DNA of 64,000 nucleotides from an uncultured Gemmatimonadales bacterium (GCA_963850905.1 CAWKMU010000003.1:1408001-1472000); one strand, 5' to 3'; shown: positions 1 to 10,764, numbered from the stretch's first letter. Notes: a model not told the origin generated them from the letters alone. Program-made: numbers and translations.

Positions 1-134
1 CGAACCGCTCTCAGGGGCCGGCCGAATGAGGGCCAAAGCAGGTGTCATAGAACGCTGCAGTCTCCTACCCCGCGATACGCGGCGCCACGCGGAAACGTTG
101 GCCGACCGGGGGTCGTCCCTGTCGTAGGTGAAAT

Positions 135-3100
135 ATGCGCTCTGACACGGCCTCCGGTACCTCCTCAAGCGGCGGCCGGCGCCGAGCAACTCCTGGGTTG
201 GCAGCCAGAACCGGACTTCGTCCCCAACCGCCCTTCCGGGCGGTGCGTGGGAGCGCATTCGTCCGGGGGGCGCCACGGATCGCGGCGGTCGCCGGGTCCC
301 TCGCTGCTGTCGCAATTCTAGCCACCTGTGAGGCGGCGACCGGCCCCCGGTCAGGACACGTCGTGCTCACCTACACTGGTGACACGACGCTGACCGCCGG
401 TGTGCGAACGGCAGCGGCCGTCTCGGTTACGGTAGACGGGTCGCCGTACACGAGCGCCCACCTCGCGCTCCGCTCCTCTGACTCGACGGTTCTAGCCGTC
501 GTGACCTCATCCTCCGGCACGGACACGCTGGTAGCGCGAGGCCTGGGCACTGCGACACTCACTATTCAACTCGTCAACTCCGTCCTCGCCGGCGCACCTC
601 CGACGCTGACGAAGACCTTTTTTGTATCGCCGAAGAGCGTCCAGTTTGACCGCGGGTCCCAGCCCCTCGGCGCCTTCGGTGACACGATCACGGTGCCTGC
701 GCACGCCTACGACATCCACAACGACGAGATCCCGAACGTCGCGTTCACCTGGACGAGCTCGGACACACTGTTCGCCAAGGTGACCAACAAGGGACGGCTC
801 ACCGCGATCGGCAACGGCCCCGCCACCGTCAAGGCATCGGTCGCTGGAGATACGGCCACTCTCGCCGTCACCGTGCAGCAGGTTCCGGCCCACTTCGCGT
901 TCACGCCGTCGCTGCCCGTAACCCTGACCGCGTTCGGAGCCGACACCAGTCTCGCGGCGGGAGCCGTCGACTCGCTTGGCAATACGATCAAAGGGACCGC
1001 GGCGTCGCCCACCTGGGGCCTCCAGAGCGTCGGCGTCATCACGATCGATCAATCGGGGAACGTGCAGGCGGTCGGCAATGGGAGCACCTACGTCTACGCC
1101 AGCCATCCTCCGGCCCGTGACAGCCTCGCGGTCTCGGTGACGCAGCGCGCGACGCGGATTGTGATGACAGCGCCGAACGGCCTCGCGATCCCCTCCGTTG
1201 GCGGGACGCTCGTCCTCAGCGTCACCGCCTACGATCGCAACAACAACCAAATCGCCAACGCGAACCCCACTCTCACGTCGCTCGACCCGACGGTCGCACA
1301 GGTGAACTCCCCGACCCGCACCGTCACTGGCCTGGCCCTTGGGCCTGCGCGGATCGTGGCGACACAGGATCTTGCGGCCGACACCGTCGTCGTGCAGGTC
1401 GCGAACATCCCCGTCAAGCTCTCGCTCTCTGTGGACACCGCCACGATGAACAGCATCGGGGATACGCTCAAAATCGGCGTGACCTTCACCAATGCGCTCG
1501 GCGGCGCCGTGACCGGGCTCACGCCGTTCTGGTTTTCGTCGGACACCACAATTCTCTCGGTCGCCACGCAGGATGGCCGCGTCGTCGCTGTCCGTCGGGG
1601 CACCGCCCGCGTGATCGCCACCTATGCGACGCTTTCCGACACCGCGTTGATCACCGTGACCAATGCGCCGGCTGTGATCAAGCTCCTGTCGCACAGCGAC
1701 ACCTTGCCATCACTCGGCGACACGCTCACGGCCAAAGCAACGATCCAGAACAGCCGTGGTGCTGCTTTGCCGCCCACCTCCGTCACCTGGTCCGTGGATA
1801 ACACTGCCATCGCGACCGTGTCGACCGGTGGCCTGCTAACCTCGCTGGCGGTGGGGCGCACGACCGTCCGGGCCACGAGCGGTATTCTCGCCGACTCTGC
1901 TGCCGTGTGGGTGACCAACAACCCCGCTCGGATCGTGCTCAACTCGGTGTTGGACACACTGACAGCGCGCGGGCAAATGCTCGCGTACACCGCGACGGTC
2001 ACGAACAGTGCAGGCCAGGTCATCACGGGCGACACGGTGACGTGGCAAAGCACGAACACCGGCGTGGCGACGGTCGCAGCCGGCGGACCACTCGTCGGTG
2101 TCGTCACGGCGCTCAGTCCAGGCACGACATCGATCGTCGCCCAGGCCGGCAAGGTGTCGGCCAGCGTCACGGTCGTCGTGCGCAATCCCACGCTGATCTA
2201 CGTCGACAACAGCACGCTCGACACCCTGCACTTCGGTACGCTCAAGCGGCCGTACCTGCACATCCAGGACGGGGTGAACGCTGCGGCACCGCAAGACACG
2301 GTCTTCGTGCGCGTCGGCGCCGGCCCGTACAGCGAGATGGTCGCGCTGAGCCGCGACATCATGTTGATGGGAGACCCGACGGCGTATCGCGCCAACAGCA
2401 ACGACCCGACGAAACTGCCGCTGCTGTCGCACGACACCGGCACCGCGGGCATCATTGCCAACACGTCGGCCCGGGTGTTCATCCGCACGCTGGCGATCCG
2501 CCACACGCTCGACGGCGCGGCGATCTACACGCACGGTGCGACGGTCGCTATCTCCAACGTCTACGTGAACCCCACTTCGGATCCCTTCAACTCCGGCCGG
2601 GGCATATACATCGATTCGACGAGCACGGCGAACGTCGACAGCTCGAAAGTGCAAACGATCAAGGGCTATGGCATCCTGCTCCACAACGTTGCCAACGGAT
2701 CCATCACGCGGTCGCAAGCCTACCTCGTGCACAACGCGCAGGATGGCACCAACTCGACGGGCATCGAGGTCGATTACGGCGCCAACAACCTCGTCTCGGG
2801 CAACGTCGTCCGCTGGACGTATGGGCCCGAAGTCCTGCTCGATAGCACCACATCGGTCGTGGCAACCGGGAACAACCTGGCGGGCGGTGGACAGCTGATG
2901 CGCGTGCTCGGCGTCTCTGGCGCGAGCCAGGTCACGAGCAACTCATTCAACACATTGGCCCAGAGCAACGATCTCAACCCGGGCAGCTCCGCTTCCGACG
3001 GCCGCTCCGGACTCGAGCTGAATACGTCGTCTGGTGTGCAGGTGGCAGGCAATACCATCAAAGGCGACACGGGAACCGTCGCACTCGTGGATGCGATCCG

Positions 3101-4229
3101 ACTGATCGGCACCCGCGGTGGCGGCTCCCCGACGGTCATTCAGAGCAATCCGATTGCGGGCGGGCGGTACGGCATCAGGTCCGAGAACTCGACGTGGACG
3201 CTGCAGCTCTCGCACGTGCACGGCGGCAGCATCGGCGTCGTGCTGTCGGCTGCGGACACGGCAAGTCTGGCATCCGACACATTGACGACCGCGGTGATCG
3301 GTTGTGTGCAGGCGACAGGAAACGGCATTCGCGTGGCGGTGAGCGGGGGCTGGTTCAGCCAGTGTGGGCCGACTGGTACGGCGGCGGTGTCGGTCAATGC
3401 CCCCGGCGCCGTGGTTGACGTGAACGGCAATGCGACGTTCACCGGCGCCAACCAACGCGCGGTCGCGGTCTCTGGCGCCCAGCACGCCTTCATCACCGGC
3501 AACACCATGGCAGGGGGTGCACCCGAGGGCACGGTCACCACAAGCGCACTCGTCGGCGTCGTTGATCTACAGGGAGACAGCGTCACGGCGGTCGGAAACG
3601 CGGTCACCGGCTATCCCAGCTATGCGGCGCTCTCGCTCGCGGGCTCGACGGTCCGGGCGGACAGCAACTTCCTGTCGAGGAACCGGGTCGGCATCGCGAT
3701 GGGCATTCTGACGGCGTTCGAGGCGATCACGAACGACATCTTCGATAACGACACGGCAGGCGTGGTGAACCAGCAGGCCGCCGGCGTGTCAATGCCGGCC
3801 AATTGGTGGGGGGATTCGTTGGGACCGCGTGGCGTTGGCGTCCAGATGGCCGTCGGCGACAGCGTCGTGGGCAACGTCTCATTTCAGCCGGTCAACTTCA
3901 TTCCCCTCAACGCCGGGTTCCGGGCGGCGCCGCCGCTGCGATCGATCCGCGGCAATGGACAATCGGGGACCCAAGGGACCACGCTCCCGCTGCCACTGGC
4001 GGTACGGGTGGTCGACCCGGCCGGGCGGCCGGTGGCTGGCGTTGCGATCACCTTCGAGGCGAGTGGCGGGGCGACGCTCAACGGCGGCGGCTCCACGAGT
4101 GTCCAGACCACGAACTCGAGCGGCCTCGCGGAAGTGGTGGTCACAGTCGGCGGACCGGGCACGTACACAGTCTCTGCGTCCGGCGCCGGCGAGGGTGGCG
4201 TGACGTTCACGGAGACCGCGACCCCCTAA
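135..4229 (+). CDS. Large surface lipoprotein: tandem bacterial Ig-like (Big_2) repeats, right-handed beta-helix, C-terminal Big_1-like domain
   Basis: 1364-aa ORF. Hydrophobic stretch ends in ILAT-C. Repeated 'W.SSD..VA.V...G.VTA...G.A.I.A' Ig units. 'IYVD...GTLKRPYLHIQDGV' beta-helix cap followed by Asn-rich repeats. Ends with 'GNGQSG..GTTLPLPLAVRVVD..GRPVAGV.ITF'. Start uncertain. Confidence 0.85.
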   Translation: MRSDTASGTSSSGGRRRATPGLAARTGLRPQPPFRAVRGSAFVRGAPRIAAVAGSLAAVAILATCEAATGPRSGHVVLTYTGDTTLTAGVRTAAAVSVTVDGSPYTSAHLALRSSDSTVLAVVTSSSGTDTLVARGLGTATLTIQLVNSVLAGAPPTLTKTFFVSPKSVQFDRGSQPLGAFGDTITVPAHAYDIHNDEIPNVAFTWTSSDTLFAKVTNKGRLTAIGNGPATVKASVAGDTATLAVTVQQVPAHFAFTPSLPVTLTAFGADTSLAAGAVDSLGNTIKGTAASPTWGLQSVGVITIDQSGNVQAVGNGSTYVYASHPPARDSLAVSVTQRATRIVMTAPNGLAIPSVGGTLVLSVTAYDRNNNQIANANPTLTSLDPTVAQVNSPTRTVTGLALGPARIVATQDLAADTVVVQVANIPVKLSLSVDTATMNSIGDTLKIGVTFTNALGGAVTGLTPFWFSSDTTILSVATQDGRVVAVRRGTARVIATYATLSDTALITVTNAPAVIKLLSHSDTLPSLGDTLTAKATIQNSRGAALPPTSVTWSVDNTAIATVSTGGLLTSLAVGRTTVRATSGILADSAAVWVTNNPARIVLNSVLDTLTARGQMLAYTATVTNSAGQVITGDTVTWQSTNTGVATVAAGGPLVGVVTALSPGTTSIVAQAGKVSASVTVVVRNPTLIYVDNSTLDTLHFGTLKRPYLHIQDGVNAAAPQDTVFVRVGAGPYSEMVALSRDIMLMGDPTAYRANSNDPTKLPLLSHDTGTAGIIANTSARVFIRTLAIRHTLDGAAIYTHGATVAISNVYVNPTSDPFNSGRGIYIDSTSTANVDSSKVQTIKGYGILLHNVANGSITRSQAYLVHNAQDGTNSTGIEVDYGANNLVSGNVVRWTYGPEVLLDSTTSVVATGNNLAGGGQLMRVLGVSGASQVTSNSFNTLAQSNDLNPGSSASDGRSGLELNTSSGVQVAGNTIKGDTGTVALVDAIRLIGTRGGGSPTVIQSNPIAGGRYGIRSENSTWTLQLSHVHGGSIGVVLSAADTASLASDTLTTAVIGCVQATGNGIRVAVSGGWFSQCGPTGTAAVSVNAPGAVVDVNGNATFTGANQRAVAVSGAQHAFITGNTMAGGAPEGTVTTSALVGVVDLQGDSVTAVGNAVTGYPSYAALSLAGSTVRADSNFLSRNRVGIAMGILTAFEAITNDIFDNDTAGVVNQQAAGVSMPANWWGDSLGPRGVGVQMAVGDSVVGNVSFQPVNFIPLNAGFRAAPPLRSIRGNGQSGTQGTTLPLPLAVRVVDPAGRPVAGVAITFEASGGATLNGGGSTSVQTTNSSGLAEVVVTVGGPGTYTVSASGAGEGGVTFTETATP

Positions 4230-4362
4230 CCCCCGGTACCGATCACCCTGTCGCCGCCACGCTTCGCGTGGCTGCTCGTCTACAGTATGATGCTCCTGCG
4301 CACGGTCGCTGAGTTCCGAGCCTTCATTTTGCCGCCCGCCGCCCCCCGGCGCCCTCGCTGAC

Positions 4363-6256
4363 ATGGGCCGCAGGCGCAAACGCAGCGGGGGCGGGCCGCG
4401 CCGGACGCGCGAAGCGCGCGAATCGGCGGCGCTGAGCGTCAGCCAGCCATCGTCGCGTCCGTCGCCGCCTGATCCGCTGGGAGCGACCGTTGCGGCCGGA
4501 GTGCAATGCTCCCAGTGCCAGGCGACCAACACGCCTGACGCACGATACTGCGAGAAGTGCGGAACCGCATTGACGAACCCGGACGCGACGACGCTCGTGC
4601 TGGCTCCGCACGAGCTGGCCGACGCCCGAGTGACACCGCGAGTGTCGGCCGGCGCGCCCGACACCCAACGGTACAGCAGCGGAGGCGCACCACGATCGGC
4701 TGAGGTCCATGTCCTCACGCGTACCCTCTCAGGACAGGCGGGGGACGCCCTGCTGCAGCTGGTGCGTCGTGAGTTAGCCGAGGACTACGATGTCGAGCGG
4801 GAAATCGGGCGTGGCGGGATGGCCATCGTCTACCGCGGCGTCGAGCGCCAGCTGCGGCGAACGGTCGCGCTCAAGGTGCTGCCGCCCGAATTGTTGCTGG
4901 GTCCCGCCGTGATCGGTCGTTTCGAGCGCGAGGCGCAAATGGCTGCCGCGCTAGACCACCCCAGCATCATACCGATCTACCGGGTCGGACAGACGGCCTC
5001 GCTCGCCTACTTGGCGATGAAGTATGTCGAAGGGCGCGGGCTCGATCGAGTGATTGCCGAGCAGGGGGCACTGCCAATAGCGGTCGTGGTATCGGTGCTC
5101 CGAGCTGCAACCAGCGCGTTCGCCTACGCGCACGCGCATGGCATCGTCCACCGGGACGTCAAGGGCGGCAACATCCTGATCGACCGCGAGGGCCGCGTCA
5201 TTGTCACTGATTTTGGCGTAGCGCGCGCGATCGACAACGCGTCGATGACCACGACCGGGTCGGTGATCGGCACGCCCTATTTCATGAGCCCGGAGCAGTG
5301 TGCGGGGAAGGTGGCCGCGCCGCAGTCGGACCAGTACTCCCTCGGCGTCGTCGCGTTTCAGAATGCTGACGGGCGCGCTGCCCTTTCAAGCCGACACGCT
5401 CGCGGCGATCATGCACCACCACTTCTTCACACCGGCGCCAGATGTAACCAAGGCGCGCCAGGACATCCCGAGTGAGCTGACAGCGATCCTCACCCGCGTC
5501 TTGTCAAAGGATCCCGATCGCCGGTACGCAACGACGAACGACATGCTGGATGCCGTCGAGAGCATCCCCGTGAGCGAGGCCGATCGCGCGGCTGGAGAAG
5601 GGATGCTGCGGACGCTCGCGGGCGGGACGCCGCTGCCAGCGGTTCGAACGAGCGCGCTCCCCCCGCTCGAAGACACGATGGCGGTCGTCGCCGCGCACGA
5701 TGCGTTCCGCCGATCGAGCCAACGGAGACGGCGCGTGCGGCGAGTGAGCGGGGCGAGCGCGGTCGTGGTGGCATCGGTGCTCGGGCTGTGGCTGTGGCGG
5801 CGTCCGTTGTCAGTGGCGGCCACAGCGCCCGGTGGCACTTCACACGGGCCGGGGGGCGCCGAGCCGGCAAATGCGGCGCCACAAACGGTGTCGGTACCTG
5901 CGCCGGTGGTCACGCCGTCTGCGAACCCGTTTCCGCCTGGTGCGACGGCCGTGGTGCCCCAAGCACCGGCGCCAGTGCTGGTCCAGCCGTCGGCACTGCC
6001 GGAGTCCACCGCGCAACCGGCGGTCGACACTGCGACCGGGAAGCTGCGGGTGCGTGCGTTCCCTGGCGACGCGCTCATCATGATCGACAACGAGACGATC
6101 GGGCAGGGCGCGGTGCTGGACCACGACGTGCTCGCCGGCGAGCGGCACCTGCGGATCGTGGCACCGGGCTACGTCGACTTCGACACGACAATCGTCGTGA
6201 CGGCAGGCACGACCACTCGGTTGAGCGCCATCGAGCTGAAGGCAGTCGAGCCATGA
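4363..6256 (+). pseudogene. Membrane Ser/Thr protein kinase with N-terminal zinc ribbon and C-terminal PEGA-like domain. Apparent +1 frameshift at about 5362, possibly a sequencing artefact
   Basis: CSQC/CEKC ribbon; GRGGMAIVY, VALK, HRDVKGGN, DFG, GTPYFMSPEQ motifs. Kinase C-lobe (MLTGALPF...KDPDRRY), TM helix, Pro-rich linker and PEGA-like end continue in the next frame. Deleting one A at 5362-5363 gives VAFQMLTG. Confidence 0.9.
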
Positions 6257-7311
6257 TGCGCCGCTGGCCGGTGCGAATCCTCGCGGCGTGTCTGATGATG
6301 CTGCCGCGCGCCGTCGCGGCGCAGAGCAACACCGATGAGATGCTCCACCGCGCGATCCGCTTATACGAAGACCTCCAGGTCGAACGCGCCCTCGCGATGT
6401 TTCGCGACGTGATCTCGCCGAGCTCACCGTTCGTCGTCTCGACGGCGCAACGAGTGATGGCGTACAAGTACCTCGGCGCGGCCCACGCGACGTTGGGCCA
6501 GCCGGATTCGGCGTCGGTGTATTTCCGCGCGGCCATCGAACGCGATCCATTCGTCGATCTGGACGGTCACGATTTTACTGCGCGCGAACGCGAGGTCTTT
6601 GCCGATGCCAAGCAGCGCACCTTCGCCGTCGCGGTTCGCCCCATCGCGCGAACGCGAATCGATCCGCGCACCGAGCACATGCTGTTCCAGACGTTGACGA
6701 CCCACGGCGCGTTGCTGCGAGCCGAGATACGCACATCCACTGGCGAGATCTCGCCGATTTTCGAATCGGACAACGACGGTGTGCGCGAAATCCCCTGGAA
6801 CGGTGTCCTCGCATCTGGTCGATTGGCTGCACCCGGCACGTACGAGCTCGTCGTCCGAGGGGACAGCCGATTGATTCCATCGCGGTCCGACTCGGCGCGG
6901 TTGTTCTTTACGATCGAGCACGACCGGCCGCCGCTGGAAGACACACTTCCGGAGCTCGAACCGAGTGACCTGTTGCCGGAGCATCGCCCCGCGTCGGCGG
7001 CGACCGTCGAACTGGCCAAGGGGGTCGGGGTAGGGGTCCTCGCGATCGCCATGCCGACGTTGCTGGGTCATGGCGAGTTTGCCAGCCCGAGCCGCGGCCT
7101 GGCGGCTACCGTCAGCGCGACCGGCATCGCGGTCGGCATCTTCGGGTTTCGTTGGCGCCACGAACACAACGAGCTGGCGGAGAACATCGCCGAGAATACC
7201 CGACGGCGCACGGCGCGCGCGGCGCGCAACGCGGAGATCAAGCAGGGCAATGAGGCCAAGCTCGCGCTGACGGCGCTCGTGATCAGTCCCGCAGCCGGGG
7301 TGGGGCCATGA
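6253..7311 (+). CDS. Secreted TPR-containing protein with FlgD-Ig-like domain and C-terminal hydrophobic helices
   Basis: ATG overlaps the kinase stop. Signal peptide ends AVAA-Q. TPR-like 'AYKYLGAAHATLGQPDSASVYFRAAIERDP'. 'IPWNG...GRLAAPGTYELVV' is FlgD-Ig-like. Confidence 0.75.
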   Translation: MMRRWPVRILAACLMMLPRAVAAQSNTDEMLHRAIRLYEDLQVERALAMFRDVISPSSPFVVSTAQRVMAYKYLGAAHATLGQPDSASVYFRAAIERDPFVDLDGHDFTAREREVFADAKQRTFAVAVRPIARTRIDPRTEHMLFQTLTTHGALLRAEIRTSTGEISPIFESDNDGVREIPWNGVLASGRLAAPGTYELVVRGDSRLIPSRSDSARLFFTIEHDRPPLEDTLPELEPSDLLPEHRPASAATVELAKGVGVGVLAIAMPTLLGHGEFASPSRGLAATVSATGIAVGIFGFRWRHEHNELAENIAENTRRRTARAARNAEIKQGNEAKLALTALVISPAAGVGP

Positions 7312-7964
7312 TCGCGCGTCCGCTGGTAGGTTGTGTGGCGTTACTCGCTCTTCCCCTCGCGGCAGTCCCCGTCGCCGCACAGATCACCGTCACCCCTTCG
7401 GTCTTCGTCGCCTACGTGCAGCACCAGGTCGACATTGGTTACGGCGACGAGCAAACCAGCGGGCCGGTGCTCGGCGCGACGGTTTCCGTGGCCCCGACTC
7501 GATGGACCGACGTCACGTTGTCCGGCTACACCGGGACGCTCAACGCCGACTCGGCGATCGTGGATTCGCGCCGGATGGCAGATCTCGAGCTCGGGGGGAG
7601 CATCTTTGCGACGTCCACGCTGGCGTTGCAGATCGGGTTGCGCGCGCAGAGCTATACGACGACACTGGCTCGGCAACGCTGGCTCTCGGTCAGTGTCGGC
7701 GGCGAGTACGGTCCTGAGATCTTTGATGGGGTCGCCCGCGCCGTCCTGCGGGCCGGCCTGATCCCCGTGGCGAACGTCAGCGGGCTACCAAGCCCCACGT
7801 TTGCCGTCCTGGCGAGCACCGGGTTTCAGGTGCTCCGTGGACCCCTCACCGGCGGGCTGTTCTTCTCGATCGAGCGCTACGACTTCCCGAGCAACAACGG
7901 CGCGCCGCGGGCGGAACAACTGGAGATGTTGACGGCCCAGGTGGGAGTGAGGTTTCCGAGATAA
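7308..7964 (+). CDS. Putative small outer-membrane beta-barrel protein
   Basis: Signal peptide (VAA-Q), alternating amphipathic strands, C-terminal 'AQVGVRFPR' beta-signal-like end. ATGA overlap with the upstream gene. Confidence 0.7.
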   Translation: MIARPLVGCVALLALPLAAVPVAAQITVTPSVFVAYVQHQVDIGYGDEQTSGPVLGATVSVAPTRWTDVTLSGYTGTLNADSAIVDSRRMADLELGGSIFATSTLALQIGLRAQSYTTTLARQRWLSVSVGGEYGPEIFDGVARAVLRAGLIPVANVSGLPSPTFAVLASTGFQVLRGPLTGGLFFSIERYDFPSNNGAPRAEQLEMLTAQVGVRFPR

Positions 7965-7987
7965 GGGAACTGGAGGCGTCTAGCCTT

Positions 7988-9154
7988 TCATTTCCCCCCG
8001 GTGTTCGTATCTATATGCGCCGTCACCGACATGCCGGGGCGGAGCCGGCGGTTTGGGTCGACCGGATCGGTCGGTCGGAGGCGGACCGGGATGCGTTGTA
8101 CGACCTTGGTGAAGTTCCCCGTGGCGTTGTCGGGCGGGAGGAGCGCGAACTGTGCGCCCGTGGCGGCGGCAATGCTCTCGACGACGGCGTTGAACGTGTG
8201 GCCGCCGTAAGCGTCGACGTCGAGTTGCACTGCTTGGCCAACCCGGATGTCGTCGAGCTGGGTCTCCTTGAAGTTGGCGTCGACCCAAACGCCGGTGTCT
8301 GCGACGACGGTGAACAGAGTTTGCCCTGTCTGTACCAACTGACCCACTTCGACCTGCTTGCGCGATAACACGCCGCTGACGGGCGCGAGGATGCGTGTGT
8401 AGGACTGGTTCAGCACGGCTTGCTGTAACTCGGCTTGTGACGCGGCCAGGCGCGCCTGCGCCAGACGCACACCCGCCTGCGCGTTGGTCACGGTCGCACC
8501 GGCAGCGGCTGCCTGCTTCTGGGCGGCGATCAGGGAGGCATGCGCCGCGTCAGCAGTGGCCTGTACGGCGTCCAACTGCTGCTTAGAGACGATTTGTTGA
8601 TTCGCGAGCTGCTGGATGCGGCGCAGGTCCGACGTGGCTTTGTCGTAATTCGCCTGTGCGGCCGCGATTTGCGCGTCGGTCGCGGCGCTTTGGCCCTCGG
8701 CGGTCGCGACCTGTGCGGCGGCCTGGCCGGTATATCCCCGCATACCCACAGCCGCTTCTGCGCCCACAAAATCGGCCTGGGCCTGGGCTAGTCGCGCCTT
8801 GTAGTCCGCATCGTCGAGGACGACGAGCGTGTCGCCCTCGTTCACGTGCTGATTCTCCACGCCGTTGACCCTGAGGGCGTAGCCACCAACCTTGGCCAAC
8901 ACCGGCACGAGATGCCCTTGGACATACGCGTCATCGGTTGTCTCGTGCACGCGGGAATAGAGGAACGTCCTCACGCCCCACGTGATGGCGGCAACGCCCG
9001 CAATGCAGCCGAGCGCGATCAAGACGAGGCGGCGGCCGGGGCGCGCGGGAGTGGTGCTCACGCCCGATCCGGGCGGAGCTTGCTGGTCAGTCGCGCCTTG
9101 GGTGGCTGGCCGTTGGGGCGGTGCCTGCTGCTCGGGGCGAGCGGTGGTAGCCAT
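7988..9154 (-). CDS. HlyD/EmrA-family efflux membrane fusion protein
   Basis: TTDDAYV, long coiled coil, ANFKETQL, 'FALLPPDNATGNFTKVVQRIPVR', LRPGMSV. Confidence 0.95.
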   Translation of the reverse strand: MATTARPEQQAPPQRPATQGATDQQAPPGSGVSTTPARPGRRLVLIALGCIAGVAAITWGVRTFLYSRVHETTDDAYVQGHLVPVLAKVGGYALRVNGVENQHVNEGDTLVVLDDADYKARLAQAQADFVGAEAAVGMRGYTGQAAAQVATAEGQSAATDAQIAAAQANYDKATSDLRRIQQLANQQIVSKQQLDAVQATADAAHASLIAAQKQAAAAGATVTNAQAGVRLAQARLAASQAELQQAVLNQSYTRILAPVSGVLSRKQVEVGQLVQTGQTLFTVVADTGVWVDANFKETQLDDIRVGQAVQLDVDAYGGHTFNAVVESIAAATGAQFALLPPDNATGNFTKVVQRIPVRLRPTDPVDPNRRLRPGMSVTAHIDTNTGGK

Positions 9155-9157
9155 GGC

Positions 9158-9277
9158 TCAGAGTCGGGTGGTGGTAGAGGAGCGACGCTCGTGGTGGTGG
9201 CGGTCGGCGGGCGGACAGTCCGCGTCTGGCGCGGGCGTCGGCGAGCGGTCGCGACTGAGAAGACACGAATTTTTCAT
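9158..9277 (-). CDS. Possible 39-aa bridging peptide between tolC and hlyD
   Basis: ATG overlaps the tolC stop (ATGA). TGA lies 3 nt before the hlyD ATG in the same frame. No family recognised. Confidence 0.25.
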   Translation of the reverse strand: MKNSCLLSRDRSPTPAPDADCPPADRHHHERRSSTTTRL

Positions 9278-10764
9278 GGCAATTCCGTGACCGAACCGGT
9301 CGCTCGGGCGAGCGACACGCGCGCCGCCTGATAGCTGGTGAGGGCGTTCACCTGCAACGTTCGGGCGCTGTTGAGGTCGAGCGATGCGGTGATGACATCC
9401 GCATTGCCCGCGACGCCGGCTCGAAAGCGTTCCTGCGATTCGCTGAGCTCCTGCTGTGTGAGGCGCAACTGCTCGTCGGCAGCATCGAGTTGCTGACGGG
9501 CGGCCGCGAGGTCGAGAAATGCCCGCCGAACGTCGATCGCAGCCTGCTGTCGCAGGTCGCGTTGCTGCACCTGGAGTTGTCTCGTGACCGCTTGTTGCTC
9601 TTCGATGCGGGCTTCGCGACGCAGTCCGTCGAACACCGGAATTGTCACGCCAATGCCCCAGCTGTAAACGGGGAGCATGCGGACATAGTTGCCGCCTTGG
9701 ATGCCCTTGTTGCCGAACACATCGAGTGACGGCAAGCGCTCGGCCCGAATGGCTGACACCTGCTGCTGGGCGGCGGTCAGCTGCTCATCGAGCGCACGCA
9801 GATCCGGCCGGTGCCGGAGCGCGAGGTCGATCTCGTCGGTTTCGCGTGGCAGCGTATCGCTGATCGGCATGCTGCTGAGGGAATCGCTGAGGACGACGTG
9901 GGCGTCGAGTGACAGGCCCAAGGCGCGCAGCAAATCCAGCTGGGTTCGATCACGGTCGCTGCGCGCGGCGATGAGCTGCGCGCGGGTCGATGCGAGTTGC
10001 GCCTGCGCCCGGGTGACGTCGAGTGCAATCCCGACGCCAGCCTGGAGCTGTTGTCGAGCGATGTTGAGGAGGTCCGCCGCCAGCGACGAATCCGCCAGTC
10101 GGGCCTCCAGCACCGCATTCGCCTGTTGGACCGCCAAGTACGCGGCGGCGGCACTCCCCGCAGCATTCTGGGCCGAGCTGGATGCGACGGTATTCTGCGC
10201 CTGCTCTGCCATCCGTGCCTGCCGATAACGTTGAATCACGGCAAAGTTGAAGAGCGTGTCGTAGGCCCAGCCGCGAAGCTCGGTTGCCTTGATCGGCGGA
10301 AAGTCGACGCCGCTTGGCGGCAGGAACGTGTTGAAATTGAACGGCGACCCGGGCGGCAGCGGGGGGAACCGCAGCAGCGCGGCGCTATTCTCGACGAGCT
10401 CCGTCTCCTGTCCCAGCCCATAGATCGTCGGCAGGAAGGAGCCGCGTTTGAGGTGCGACTGGGCATTGGCCTGCTCAGCCTGGGCTCGGGCCTCCTGTGC
10501 GGTGGCGCTCTGATGCGCGGCGAGCCGTGCCGCATCACCCAGGGAGAGCACCCGGGTGCTCGTGTCTTCCTGGCCTGCAGCGGAGCGCGGACCCGCCGCG
10601 ACTGCGGCGACCGTCGCGGCAGTGAGGACGAGTGCCGCCCGGACGGTGCGCAACGTGGTAGTCAGTGCGCCGGTGGCAGAACACGAGTGACGCGGACGTG
10701 CGGCGGTCATAGGCAAAGGGCGGTATCCAGAACGGCGTGTGTCAGGTATCGAGTCGAGCGTCAT
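9274..10764 (-). CDS. TolC-family outer membrane efflux protein
   Basis: Signal peptide and two OEP repeats ('GVGIALDVTRAQAQL', 'ERFRAGVAGNADVITA'). Confidence 0.93.
   Translation of the reverse strand: MTLDSIPDTRRSGYRPLPMTAARPRHSCSATGALTTTLRTVRAALVLTAATVAAVAAGPRSAAGQEDTSTRVLSLGDAARLAAHQSATAQEARAQAEQANAQSHLKRGSFLPTIYGLGQETELVENSAALLRFPPLPPGSPFNFNTFLPPSGVDFPPIKATELRGWAYDTLFNFAVIQRYRQARMAEQAQNTVASSSAQNAAGSAAAAYLAVQQANAVLEARLADSSLAADLLNIARQQLQAGVGIALDVTRAQAQLASTRAQLIAARSDRDRTQLDLLRALGLSLDAHVVLSDSLSSMPISDTLPRETDEIDLALRHRPDLRALDEQLTAAQQQVSAIRAERLPSLDVFGNKGIQGGNYVRMLPVYSWGIGVTIPVFDGLRREARIEEQQAVTRQLQVQQRDLRQQAAIDVRRAFLDLAAARQQLDAADEQLRLTQQELSESQERFRAGVAGNADVITASLDLNSARTLQVNALTSYQAARVSLARATGSVTELP

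Noticed and set aside
60..134. Riboswitch upstream of the large lipoprotein (GGAAAC hairpin)
   Set aside because: Only a short imperfect stem; it does not match the c-di-GMP or other aptamer consensus I know, and upstream context is cut off.
5359..5365. Programmed ribosomal frameshifting as the cause of the split genes
   Set aside because: There is no slippery heptamer, the breaks fall inside conserved folds, and in paoC the motif is on the non-coding strand.
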